From: Eledone cirrhosa
Taxonomy: Eukaryota
Assembly (NCBI GenBank): GCA_964016885.1
Contig: OZ024742.1
Location: 155,620,001-155,684,000, forward strand
DNA length: 64,000 bases
Direction of reading: 5' to 3'
The position numbers and the translations under genes were made by a program. Of this stretch, positions 1-11,579 are shown piece by piece (the first letter of the stretch is position 1; each line of letters starts with the position of its first letter). A model generated the notes under the pieces. The model saw only the letters and a list, made by a program, of their open reading frames with translations, made no database searches and was not told where the DNA came from.

Positions 1-1159
1 ACGGCCTTTTTCCTTCATTTCTCTATCAAGGAAGAATTTCCCAACGTGGGTGGTGGTTTGTACCATGATGACGGTGTTTTTGCCATGACAAAGTGCGGCC
101 CACATGCTTGCGACAGGTTCAGAAAAGAATTCACAGCCTTGTTTAAAGGCTACAACCTCTCCATAAAGGTTGAGTCCAACCTCTCTGTCGTTAATTACCT
201 CGACATTACCCTCGATTTGTCAAATGGCTTGCAGTACCCGTATAGAAAGCCGAATAATGCGCTTAATTACATAAGTAAGTATTCTAACCATCCTGCCAGC
301 ATAACCAAGAACCTGGTAAGAAACGTTTCTTTGAGGCTTCCCCGTCTATCTACAAACGAGCATATTTTCACCGACGATTCCAGATATTACAATGAAGCTC
401 TTGCTCGGAGTAGATTTGTCGATAAGGTAGAATATACAGAGTATGAGAATAGACCTTGGAAAAACTGATACCGACGTATTATATGGTATAACCCACCATA
501 TAATATGGAGGTGGCCACGCAATTAGCTAAGATCTTTCTCTACCTTACTATGAAGCAACCCCCCCCCCCCAGCGCATAAATATAGTAAAAATGTTTAATA
601 GAAATACCATTAAAATGTCTTACTCTACGACACCTAACCTTGCACATAACATCACAGCTTCAAATTTAGCTAAATTACCAAGCCGTAGGAACATGTGCAT
701 CCCTGTGCTCGTACTAACTGTAATTGTAGGAAGCGGGTTGACTGCCCCCTATCCGGGAAATGCCTCTCTTGTAACATTGTATACAAATGTAAGGTTGAAA
801 CATCCACGTCCCGTAGGGCCTACATAGGGTTAACCGCCAATAGATTCAAGCAACGTCTTTACATGCATGCCCATTCTTTTCTAAAACCTTTAAGAAGGAA
901 TATGACGTCAGTTTCAGCTTATATCTGGAGACTAAAAGACAACCACACCCAATATAAGGTACACTGGGAAATCCTAGATAAGGCTAGATCATATAACTGA
1001 ATGGAATAGCATGTGACCGCTGCGCCGCTGAAGCCCTGGAAATAATCTACCCCAAAGACCACATCTTAAACAAAAACTCTGAGGCAACTTTGGCTTGTAA
1101 ACATACATTGCACAAAACTTTCCTGTATTATAGCTCCACATTATACCCTAACGGATAGT
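1..1159 (+). pseudogene. Disrupted PLE RT + GIY-YIG endonuclease ORF
   Basis: ORFs 46-468, 591-827 and 695-1000 are consecutive pieces of one protein, joined across in-frame stops and frameshifts. Confidence 0.88.
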
Positions 1160-1895
1160 ACCAACTATACGCGGATATTTTACGTCTTGATATGGTAGCT
1201 AAGTATATGTTATGTTTATACCATTACTTATTTGTGTAGGTAAGTATATGTTACCTGTATGTTTTGTGAAAGTACGTATACTTCCTCGTACGTATTTTTG
1301 CTTGTATATGTTATAGGCGTATATATTATATTATATATACTGGTACATGTGCATAGGGTTATGTGTATACGTGAGTTTCGCGTCTGTGTGAGTATGCCTG
1401 TTCATACGTATGTAGGCTGTGTGTATATGTGTACTTTGTGTTTTGGTTGATGTACGTTTAGCGAACATATATGTATTTACATGTACCTATGTGTCTGCGC
1501 GCGTTATATACGTATTTATGTGTGTATATTTATATACGTTCATATAATTATATGTATACACGCACACAAACACACATATATATATTTTTTTTAGATATAT
1601 TTTTATGTGTATTTGATGTATTCTTTCGTATGCGTGCGGGTACAGATGTTGCGTCAGTTCTGTATATGCGTGCGTGTTTTTTTGTGTACGTCCTTGTATG
1701 TTCATACCCATGGCGGGTGTGTTCGCGTATGCATGTGTATGTACGTATATGGATGCGTACATGTATATATTTATTTTTTGTTGATTTCATTTATCTCTGT
1801 AATATATTTCGAGCCACTTTATTCCATATAAAACACGTAACATTCAGAGACCAACCAGATATGAGAAAAACCACAGACCCTCCATCTCAACTCTA

Positions 1896-1931
1896 CTTTT
1901 GAAAAGCAGAAGAACTGCGAAACCAGTAAAG
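1896..1931 (+). ncRNA. Minimal type I hammerhead ribozyme, U3-A8 core variant
   Basis: ctt-TTGAAAA-gcag aagaa ctgc-GAAA-ccag-TA-aag; identical copy on the minus strand at 9305-9340. Confidence 0.65.
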
Positions 1932-2000
1932 GAACCAAATAAATATATATATATTTTTAAAATAAGACTCCAGTTGCATTTTCGATTTCATCTTTTTTTT

Positions 2001-2121
<121 letters not shown>

Positions 2122-2187
2122 GGGAGAGAGAGAGAGAGAGAAAGATAGATAAATATACACGTGTGTGTATGATTGTGTATAGAAGAT

Positions 2188-2611
2188 TATATTAATAAGA
2201 GGAATTCCAACTTTGTCTGATTTACTCGTTTTATTTACAATCCTTCAACATTTATAATGGTATTATAATGAAATAGTATGATAGCATATTAAATGTTAAG
2301 TGTTAATTGCACAAGTACTTTCATGCTTTCGCAGTCTTGAGGTTCATAATGTGTGGTGACAATCAAGTTTGCGATGTTCGACTGTGTTGAACATTGTTGA
2401 CAGTTGAACATTGACAGTTGAACATTGCAAACTTGACTGTCACCACACATTATGAACCTGAAGATTGCGAAAGCATGAAAGTACTTGTTCAATTAACACT
2501 TAACATTTAATATTCTATCATACTATCATACTATTTCATTATAATACCATTATATATTTTGAAGGATTGTAAATAAAACGAGTAAAGCAGACAAAGTTGG
2601 AATTCCTCTTA

Positions 2612-2618
<7 letters not shown>
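2188..2618. mobile_element. Long hairpin (arms about 190 bp), inverted PLE terminal repeats carrying HHRs
   Basis: Left arm tattaataagaggaattcc.. is the reverse complement of right arm ..ggaattcctcttattaata; the centre has a triplicated ttgaacattg; abuts (TA)n. Confidence 0.85.
2454..2490 (+). ncRNA. Minimal type I hammerhead ribozyme
   Basis: gaac-CTGAAGA-ttgc gaaa gcat-GAAA-gtac-TT-gttc, with palindromic aagtactt at stem III. The mirror copy (minus, about 2309-2345) has G5>C. Confidence 0.8.
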
Positions 2619-2669
<51 letters not shown>

Positions 2670-2672
<3 letters not shown>

Positions 2673-2946
2673 CTAAACGGAATAGAAAATGCTGACACAT
2701 TGTTCACAGTTGAAAAATGGTTTAATTAGGAATAAAAGAGTATTAGTGATTGTATGGGTTAGTATTCAGTTGTGGTTTTAAGTTTTTAAGTTTAAAAACT
2801 TAAAACCACAACTGAATACTAACCCATACCATCACTAATACTCTTTTATTCCTAATTAAACCATTTTTCAACTGTGAACAATTTGTCACCATTTTCTATT
2901 CCGTTTACCAATATATAATAACTTGTGTGTTACACCTCTATTCTTT

Positions 2947-2950
<4 letters not shown>
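2670..2950. repeat. Long hairpin (arms about 120 bp) plus an unpaired tail of about 35 bp, inside (TA)n
   Basis: ttgctaaacggaatagaaaatg.. pairs with ..cattttctattccgtttaccaa, centre about 2792; no convincing HHR. Confidence 0.85.
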
Positions 2951-3027
<77 letters not shown>

Positions 3028-3309
3028 CATATGTACACACACATATCGTACGGCAGAGACAGTGAGAGAGGGGGTGGAGAGAGAGACAGATAGTCAGATG
3101 AAGAGATAGAGAAAGAAAATGCTAACAATTCAAATATATTTTTCTACTTAAATATTACATAACACACATTACATAAAACCGTTTGCAGTTAAATCATATT
3201 ATTGTTAACAATATTTCGTAACAGGGTCTAGAAGGAAAAAATGTGGAGTATCATACATTTTGATACGCAAGCTGATTGCCACTTTATTTAATTTGTTTTA
3301 TTCTTCCAG

Positions 3310-3341
3310 AAAATGAATTCAGTAAACTTGGGAGCTGTACG
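3310..3341 (+). CDS. Candidate 32-nt micro-exon of an unidentified host gene (xENEFSKLGSCT)
   Basis: Branch-like ctgat at about 3272, pyrimidine tract ttttattcttccag, donor G|gtgagt, open in phase 1 to 0. Confidence 0.4.
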
Positions 3342-3754
3342 GTGAGTTAATTATAAATATTTACATACATTCTTGCATTAATTCTTTATATTAGATCTTT
3401 ACCTCAGTATTAGTATTAATACTTCTTATTCAGTATTTCACTGCTTCATACTACTAACTGTTTCCCATGTTGTATATTTTGCAATATTTACTCTATTATT
3501 TCGACACAATTAATTGTCAAATACATGTTTAAATTCTGATTGGACTACAACTCATACCTGCTATTCAATTGAATGCAATTTTTAATAAAATATATATAAT
3601 GTACAAGTAGTGCACACCGTCTTCGGAACCTGCAATAATAATCCCTTTTGCAGCAATTACCAAAATATGATCCACATCGTACAGTTCAAAAGTTAACAAA
3701 TATTGTGTAATGTGAGTGCTAAATTGACTATAGTATGTCGGACTAAGTATTGTC

Positions 3755-4460
3755 ACCTCTCTTGTTCATAATCTTCATGGAGAGGATTGTCATGCTCAGA
3801 AATGTTAGAATTGGTCATAAGACTGGTGGGTGTAGGATCAGCAAGCTTGAATTTGCAATGAGGTGATCTCCAATATGCACTTGATAGGTTTTACGCCAAG
3901 TCTAAAAAAAAACTTGTGCAGTGCAATCAACAAGTAAAATATGTTCCACTGAAGCAGGCGGAAAAGTCCAAGTGTTTCAGTAACTTTAATAGTCTGCAAT
4001 CTTCTCTGAATAAAGAGACCACATAATCAATACTCAAGGCATGAGATTAGAATTCCACAGGAAAATCACTGGACAGAATTTGCGTGCAAATACAACCTGC
4101 ATGGGATCCAGTCATAGAGTTGACGCAAGATGTTTGTATAATACACTCAAGGTCGCTTGGTCTTAATTTGGGATCCATTCTAATAATTGGGAGACGATTC
4201 TTTCTGTTAGAAACCATTGGAAAGCGTATGTGAAGTATTTAACTCAACCATTCTCCCAAGATGAAGTGGGCGAAGAAGAGGAGAGGAGAACATATATCAT
4301 GCAAATTCTGTCTTGTTTACCAATTGCATTGTTATGTATAATTAAAGTCAGGATTACTTCTTCTAGCGACTCAGATTTACCCTTAGCTAAGAAGCGGTCT
4401 TTTTTACTGAATTTCGAAAAATGTTATACGATATATTCGTTGACCAATATTTTCTGAACA
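3755..4460 (-). pseudogene. Probable decayed IAP-like sequence with two BIR-domain relics
   Basis: Manual translation across frameshifts gives NE..RITF..LAKG..EEVI..CNW..LHDICSP..FILG and LFREDCRLL..TW..SVE..TW..YQVH..RSPHCKF, matching BIR spacing (E..RL.TF..W..H...SP.C.F). Confidence 0.4.
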
Positions 4461-5467
4461 GTTTTGTTTATTGCTAGTCAGTTTTCTTTTAATATCTTTT
4501 CATGTTTGTTAGTTTTTCAATTATCTACGCACCATATTAATTGATTGCTTGCTGCATTTATTAACTCGTTGTAAAATAAGTCTACTAAAACAATACATTC
4601 AATTCTTCAATGTATTTTTACTTTATTGTTGCATATTTTCTTTGACTATCGTTTTCTTCACATTAAAACCTGACTGGCTCATTTCTTTCGTGTACATTGC
4701 ATAAAAGAATTATATATTCAAATACCTAACACAAGCAAAATGAAAGTTATCAAAGTCTGTATTGTAATTAGCTTTTCATTGATAAGATTAATTAACTATC
4801 AGTCAAGCTTAATCTCATTTGTTTCATAAGCGATAGAAATAAAATTAATGATGGTGTTTTTGTTAAATTTATTTATTTGTCTTAACTATTAAAGTTAAAT
4901 TATGTTTGAATACTTCTGTATTTAAATTACCTTATCGCAAACTCGTATAGAATTGCCAGTCACTCAACTGAATATTTAATTTCATATTTCTTGAATAAAA
5001 TGAAACGTTGCAGTCTGGATAGCTTAATGGTTAACATTTCAAACTGTCTATCAAATGAATATGACTTTAATCTTACCATTGTTTCAACTCTAAATTAAAA
5101 GCAATACGTATAAAAGGTTTCACTTTATTGAGCTAACATTATGTATATATAGAGAGTGACACATAGATAATCTAATCCAGATATCTCGTATATTAGATTC
5201 ATACCTGAATGATATTAGACTTTGAAAATTACGATATTACATTATTTTGCAGGTATCAGTAATTAGAAAGCCTCCATATTGCAATCACACGTTTCATATA
5301 TTTAGTCGATCTCATCAAACTAAATATATGTCTCATTGATGATACTATTTATTTTATTGGTATTTGATAGACCAATTACTAACCTATGGGACATAATAGA
5401 AGGCAACTTAAACAAAAACATATTCCCGATATATATTTATTTATCTATCTAACTATTTATCCATATT

Positions 5468-5537
<70 letters not shown>

Positions 5538-5872
5538 AGTTCTTTATAGTTTATATCTACCGTATTACACAAAATATATTGGTTTAACTCAGGCTATGAT
5601 AGTGTACAATGTTTAACCTGGGATTAGCCGTGGTATATAAGATGTTCTAAATAACGCTGTATTCAGGAGTATGGTCAGAATATAATTACAGCCTGAGAAA
5701 GTAAATATTAAACATATATATTAAAGCTCATTTGAGTATCTCGTCTTGCATTGTCTCAAGATAACTGCGAATATGTATGAATATTACGCATAATATACAT
5801 TATAGTGTTAACTTATTAGCACACCAATTGAAGTGTAGTTCAAATTCTATTCTCATTTAGCAATTAAGATAC

Positions 5873-6060
5873 CGGTGGATTGGCAGTATCAGTAGAGGGT
5901 CGGACGCCATGCTTTCCAGCATAGTTACGTCCCTTTACGATCTGAGTTCAAATCCCGCCGAGGTTGACTTTGCCTTTCATCTTTACGGGGTCGATAAAAT
6001 AAAGTACCAGTAATGCACTGGATAATTGCTGGCCTTGTGCCTAAAGTAGAAACAATTATT
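5873..6060 (+). mobile_element. tRNA-derived SINE with Nin-like core (octopus OK/OR-type)
   Basis: A box tggcagtatcag, B box gagttcaaatccc, core gttgactttgcctttcat..ggggtcgataaaataaagtaccag, tail gtagaaacaattatt. Confidence 0.85.
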
Positions 6061-7619
6061 TCATTTTGCTTTACTGGATTTGGAAATATAAGGCATTCAT
6101 GTTGGGAAATATAGAGCTGTGTAATTTATATGCAGGTTTCATTTAAACTATTTGCAGTGAATACCTTTTGCTGTAATACAGTGAATTTCCCAGCAATAAT
6201 GTCAATTGCACCAGTTCGCTTTCATATTATTCATAAAAGGTGATTAAACGTGGCTGTTTTGGTGTATCAAAATCATTAAACAACAATTCACATACGTCCT
6301 ATACTGAGATAATTTTAATATCAAATAATCTAATTTATGGCTGGAGTTCTTATCATGCTGGTGAGATAAAAAAAAAAAAAAGGGTGGGAGCTTCAAGCTT
6401 GCATAACTCACATAATACTATGACTCTCGATCAAGCAGGGACGCTTGAATTACAACTCTAAATTCTTTAATAAAAGAATAAACTTTGCGCATTGTAATCT
6501 CTTATTCACCAGAAAATTTACCAGGTGTACGCACGTGGTTACAACACCAATAGAGAGTTACAATAGTTGTTATTTAATTGTAGCTTTTTTCCGTGGAAAA
6601 ATATTTTATTCCTTTAGGATATTAGTTTTCCCGATATAAATGTGGCAGATTCTAAATATGAATTAACTCAGTAAAAATACAAACAATAGCCGACATTGTA
6701 AATTATGAGAACTAACAGGATCATACTCCTGCATGACCAATAAATTAGAATATATTAATCGAGGAACAATGCCATTTTAAGTAGAAAATGTTCCTTCTTT
6801 GTAAAAAAGCTACGCAGTTGACTTGGTGGGCGTTCCAGAAAGACTGCAAGGAAAATATATCCTGACCAGTGTGTGAACTCTGAATATAATGACCGTGACT
6901 AAATACAGAAATATATTTTGTCCAACCTTCAAAGAGATTTGTCAACCTAATGTCGATATATTATTTAAGAGTAACCAGTATAATAAAACCCCTACCACAA
7001 CATTTTGATTAAGATATCTGTATTCTACAAACCACTCTCTCCCATTTCTCCAACCCCTGCATATATATATATATATCTCTCTCTCTCTCCCTCTCCCCTT
7101 CTTTTCCCTCTTCCTTTTCTACTCTATCTTCCCCAATAACCTCACTTAAGGTTATTTACATTTTACCTTTTAACCATTCTGCTCTGGTGATACAGTGGTC
7201 ACAGCATTTGATAATTGAGTTTTGCAAATAGTTATCAATGTGCACATAGCATAACTAGGGTGTATAACCCCCGTGGAAACATTTGTAAGCAAACAGAAAA
7301 CATTACCTTTTTATGATGTCTACCTGTTATTATACATTCTTTATCTACACTCCGGAATACAGAAGGATCAGGAAGTGAGTTTCTTCAACTATTCTTCCAT
7401 AACTCGTTGAGTAACCCCTCACCGTACGTCAACCATATCCAGTGTAGTAATTAATCATTACTTCATCCTGGATAATCCTATACCTAATATATTTATATAC
7501 ATATATATATATTCCTCGTAGGACTAACAACACACACAGGAGCTGGACATATCGATTAATTGACAGAGTGGAACACATTTCAACACCATGTTTACCTGTT
7601 CTTTCTACATTAATTCGTA

Positions 7620-7672
7620 CTACCTGAAGAGGTCACAGCCAATAATAGCTGTCACTGAAATATATATAGCAG
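7620..7672 (+). ncRNA. Minimal type I hammerhead ribozyme, slightly decayed
   Basis: ctac-CTGAAGA-ggtcacagc caataata gctgtcact-GAAA-tatata-TA-gcag. Confidence 0.7.
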
Positions 7673-8118
7673 AGAATTTATAATAAACGAAGCCAAATTT
7701 AACATGTTTGACTTACTTATTTCATATATATATGTGTGTGTGTGTATGTGTAAGCCTGTGCATGTGTATGTGCGTATTTGTGTATGTGAGTGTTCATGTG
7801 TGCGGGTGCGAATAATTATCCATTTCTTAGGTTTATATCAAATAAAATACATTTTGATTGCGTTAGGCATTTGATAAGATTTTACCATTATCTTAACATG
7901 TACCGAACAGTACAAAACAATAACATTTACATGACTACTTCATATGGTATAATATATTAGATTTATCTAATTTGCCGAAGCAGTCTATATCATACTTTAA
8001 TATGTATTTTCAAGTAAAGCATAACAATTCGATTCATATGAATTAAAAACAAAATATTCGCAGCTTTATCAACTTCCATTTTCTTTAATGTCAATGATAT
8101 TTAATCATATAATTATAT

Positions 8119-8178
8119 TACCAGTAAATACACAGGGATAATTGCTGGCCTTGTGCCACAAGTAGAAACAATAATTAT
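8119..8178 (+). mobile_element. SINE 3' fragment
   Basis: ccagtaa..aattgctggccttgtgcc..gtagaaacaat. Confidence 0.7.
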
Positions 8179-8198
8179 ATATATATATATATATATTG

Positions 8199-8379
<181 letters not shown>

Positions 8380-8380
8380 C

Positions 8381-8432
<52 letters not shown>

Positions 8433-8438
<6 letters not shown>

Positions 8439-8762
8439 GAGTAAACAAGAAAGATGAACACATATATAAACAAACATGTGTTCGAATCGTAAGGACCAAA
8501 TTTGTTAGGGTGAAACGATACTAACTACAGCAATATAGTTTGTTATCCTTAACTTTAAATATTAAATTAAGAAAAATAACATACCTATATTGCTGTAGTT
8601 AGTATTTTTTCACCCTACCAAATTTGGTCCTTACGAGTCGAATACATGTATGTTTATATTAGTGTTCATATTTCTTGTTTATTCAATTATATTGTACGGC
8701 TCGGAAAATCTTGTTTTTAGAGCTATTTAATTGTAAAAGACTACCCTGAGTTCTTAACCCAA
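8433..8762. repeat. Long hairpin (arms about 120 bp) plus a tail of about 70 bp, inside (TA)n
   Basis: ataattgagtaaacaagaaa.. pairs with ..tttcttgtttattcaattat; tail ends cttaacccaa(TA)n. Confidence 0.85.
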
Positions 8763-8976
8763 TATATATATATATACATATACATATATATATATATGTG
8801 TGTGTGTGTATACATGTATGTATGTCTATATATATTTATATATATATACATGTAGGTAGATATATATATATATATATATATATCTACCTACATGTATATA
8901 TATATAAATATATATATAGACATACATACATGTATACACACACATATATATATATATGTATATATTTATATATATA

Positions 8977-9133
8977 TTGTGATACTTTAGGAGGGTCATG
9001 TTGCCAATAAGAAACAACGAAGGCCTGGTGCTTGTGTTTCTTAATGGCAACATGACCCTCCCAAAGTATAACATTATCGGTTTCATCACACGTTTTCACA
9101 TAATACATCTTGCTAAACAAATACAGAAACGAT
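8977..9133 (+). mobile_element. Shortest copy of PLE-derived family A (hairpin arms about 40 bp plus a 60-bp tail)
   Basis: tgtgatactttaggagggtcatgttgccaataagaaac pairs with gtttcttaatggcaacatgaccctcccaaagtataaca; same ends as 27723 and 46981. Confidence 0.85.
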
Positions 9134-9181
9134 ATATATATATATAAGAGTGGGAAATGAAATTTCGTTTCATTTTTTTCC

Positions 9182-9227
<46 letters not shown>

Positions 9228-9291
9228 TGTATATATAAGAAAAAAATATGAAATCTAAAATGCAACTGGAGGCTTTTTTTGTTAAATATAT

Positions 9292-9400
9292 ATTTATTTC
9301 GTTCCTTTACTGGTTTCGCAGTTCTTCTGCTTTTCAAAAGTAATATTGAGATCGAGAGTTTGTGGTTTTACTCCCACGCCCTCCATCTCAATTCTACTAT
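9292..9400 (-). mobile_element. 3' end of the same Naiad-type PLE family, with HHR at 9305-9340 and a short inverted piece
   Basis: Reverse complement matches about 1870-1945 (ccaca..atctcaa..acttttgaaaagcagaagaactgcgaaaccagtaaaggaac). Confidence 0.8.
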
Positions 9401-9404
9401 CGAG

Positions 9405-9680
9405 TAACATTACTTTCTGAGAAGTCCCATTTTGGCCGCTTGTATTCCAGACCGAATTCTTTCGGTGGGTATCCAAGATTCATAACCGTATGCAAGTGTT
9501 GGCTCTTACAACCAGTTGAAAATAGTGAGCTTGGCTTTTACACCTACCTCACTTCTTCTGATTCCCGAATGTTGAATCTGGCTCATTACTGCACCAACTC
9601 CTGCAATTCTTGCACTTAATACAGCCTCCTAACTTCCACCACTCGTTAACAGGGTCCCCAGGGTATTTGAACTTTATCTT
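9405..9680 (-). mobile_element. RTE-clade LINE (Expander/Rex3-like), RT C-terminal relic
   Basis: KFKY.G..TSGG..RIAGVGAVM..KAKLTIF..PTLAYGYESW..TERIRSGIQAAKMGLLRK. Confidence 0.75.
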
Positions 9681-9689
9681 GTGGATTTT

Positions 9690-11570
9690 GGTGGAGGTGA
9701 AGTAAGGGGAAATTAATGGTTGATGTTTAGGATAAAAAATAAGCACGGACTAAGGCATAAGGGGCGGAATGTAGATCATATGAGAAGAAAGGTTTGGGGG
9801 AGTTCGCGGTCGGTGTTGCAGATTTTGAAGACAGCAGAGCGAAGCGTAGTACCCATCAGAAAATGGGAGAAACGGGTGAAGAAAGTGTGTATATGTGTGT
9901 GTGGGGGGTATCCATGGAGAATGAGATGAGAGATGAAGACAACGGCTGAGAAAATGGATATGGCTGGAATGCTGAGTTTTAACGAAAAAGAGACATCAGA
10001 GTTTAAGTGCGGGCTGGAGGTAGCAGTGGGGGAGAAGGAAGACGAGTGTGTTCAGCAGGAGTGGAAGGGGTGGAGGAAAGGTTTTAGGTCAGGCATGGTG
10101 GGTGAGAAGGAAAGAGGAAGGTGACAGATGTGGAGCAATCTGAAGGAAGAGAAAGAGAAAGAGCGACAGAAGGGAAAAATGGGAGCCAAATTTAAAGAAG
10201 AAAATTTCTTAGAGCAGGGTTGCGGAAGATTGGACCATTGCAAAAAAAGTTCAAAAGCTCGACAGTTCGAAGGCTGGATAATCCGTGTTGTTCCGTGTTC
10301 CGAGTAATTAGCCAAGTTCCAATGGCAGGTGGGTCTCGTAAGCGTGGTAAAATAGATGATAAAATAAACAAAACAAACACACGGATGTAAAAATACAAAG
10401 AGAAAGTAGAGGAAGGTCCTATGTTTCGGACGGAAATCTTTCATCAGGAAACTTCCGATCGGGAGAGAACGGTAGACACATGAAATTTGAATGTCATATT
10501 TAGGGAAGGACCTTAGGAAAAAAGTGTTAGCAAAAGATTGATAGGGTGGGGAGGTAGGCATTTGGGAGTGGGGGCTGAAGTAGAGGGCCAGGTTTGTCAT
10601 GGTTGTGTGTGTGTGAAGGGAGGAATTCGGTTGGTGTGCCTTATTGCATCAATTTGTGTATATGTGTGAACATGTGGGTAACTCAGAGTCTTATATTATC
10701 GGTGTGTGCGTGTATGTATGAGACTACTTTATTTTTTGTGTACATGTCTGTGTGTGCATGAGTGTGTGTGCGTGTGTGTGTGGCTTTTTTCTATCGTTTC
10801 TATGTATATGAGTATATACGATATTGTTTATGTGTCTGTATGACTTTTTCTATTGTTTCTGTGTACGTGAGTGCGTACGTTTGTGTGTGTATATATATAT
10901 ATTGTGTGTGTGTGTAAGTGTATGTATGTATTTACATGTGTGCGTATGTTTGTGTTTGGGTATGTCTGTGCGTGTGCATATCGGAATATCCACGTTCAAT
11001 CCGGTTTCCTGAGAAATGATGTGGTCAGAAATGAAGCGCTGAGGTTTGTGTGTGGGATGAGGAAAGGAAGGGAGATGCGATAACGCTACCAGAACGGAAG
11101 TGTTTGGGAGGGAGCTGTAGTAGTAGCCTGTGAATATGTGTGGCTCTCTATTGGTGAGGCAGGGGTGAAAGTAAAATAAACTCGGTTGTTATTAGTTGGG
11201 AGTGTTGGGTATGTATGTATTGGGGTGGTGTGACAGGGTAGCAATGTGTTTGTGGTTAACGAGGTAAGTGGTATTAGTGATGGCTCGGTGGTGATGTCCT
11301 TTAGTTAATTAGTAAGTGCCGTTGGTGGGGTTAAAAGACGGTCATATTCGTGCAACGTATAAATAAATTGCGCATGGATATGCTGGTGGAGAGGTGAAGC
11401 GTGTTGGTGTGCCTGATCATAGAATGAGTTTTATATAAGTGCAAAGCACAATGAGAAGGATGGAAAACTACATTTGAGGAGAATCACAATGTCTGGTGAT
11501 GGTTAAGCATTTTCTGTGGTTTCCTGTTAGGAGAGAGTTTCTCACCCGTTAGGTACCTTCTTACTGAGGT
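9690..11570 (-). mobile_element. Decayed PLE relic nested in the RTE element
   Basis: GIY-YIG-like remnants (SSNVVF.. and QRFISDHIISQETGLNVDIP at about 10980-11045), followed in the same orientation by an HHR at 10417-10450. Confidence 0.5.
10417..10450 (-). ncRNA. Minimal hammerhead ribozyme, decayed
   Basis: ttc-CTGATGA-aagat ttcc gtcc-GAAA-ca-TA-gga. Confidence 0.55.
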
Positions 11571-11579
11571 GACATTTTT

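Larger units (their letters stand above)
1..1956 (+). mobile_element. Penelope-like retroelement, Naiad-type; 3' part, degenerate, runs off the window start
   Basis: RT C-terminus (GLYHDD..VVNYLDITLDL..PYRKPN..SNHP), linker IIWYNPPY..FNRNTIKMSYS, GIY-YIG (CNCR..CPLSGKCL..IVYKC..YIGLT..FKQR..H..YIW..W.IL) and C-terminal CDRC..E..LNKNSE..CKH to about 1159. Followed by a low-complexity 3' region, an HHR at 1896-1931 and (TA)n. Confidence 0.9.

Noticed and set aside
466-468. In-frame TGA in the Naiad ORF read as selenocysteine
   Set aside because: It falls in a basic K/R stretch (likely CGA>TGA decay) rather than at a Cys position. Other stops and frameshifts are present and no SECIS was seen.
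5240-5260. ttttgcag|gtatca as a recursive splice site
   Set aside because: Weak donor, expected by chance, and no evidence of transcription.
5873-5960. tRNA gene
   Set aside because: The A and B boxes belong to a SINE head; no cloverleaf.
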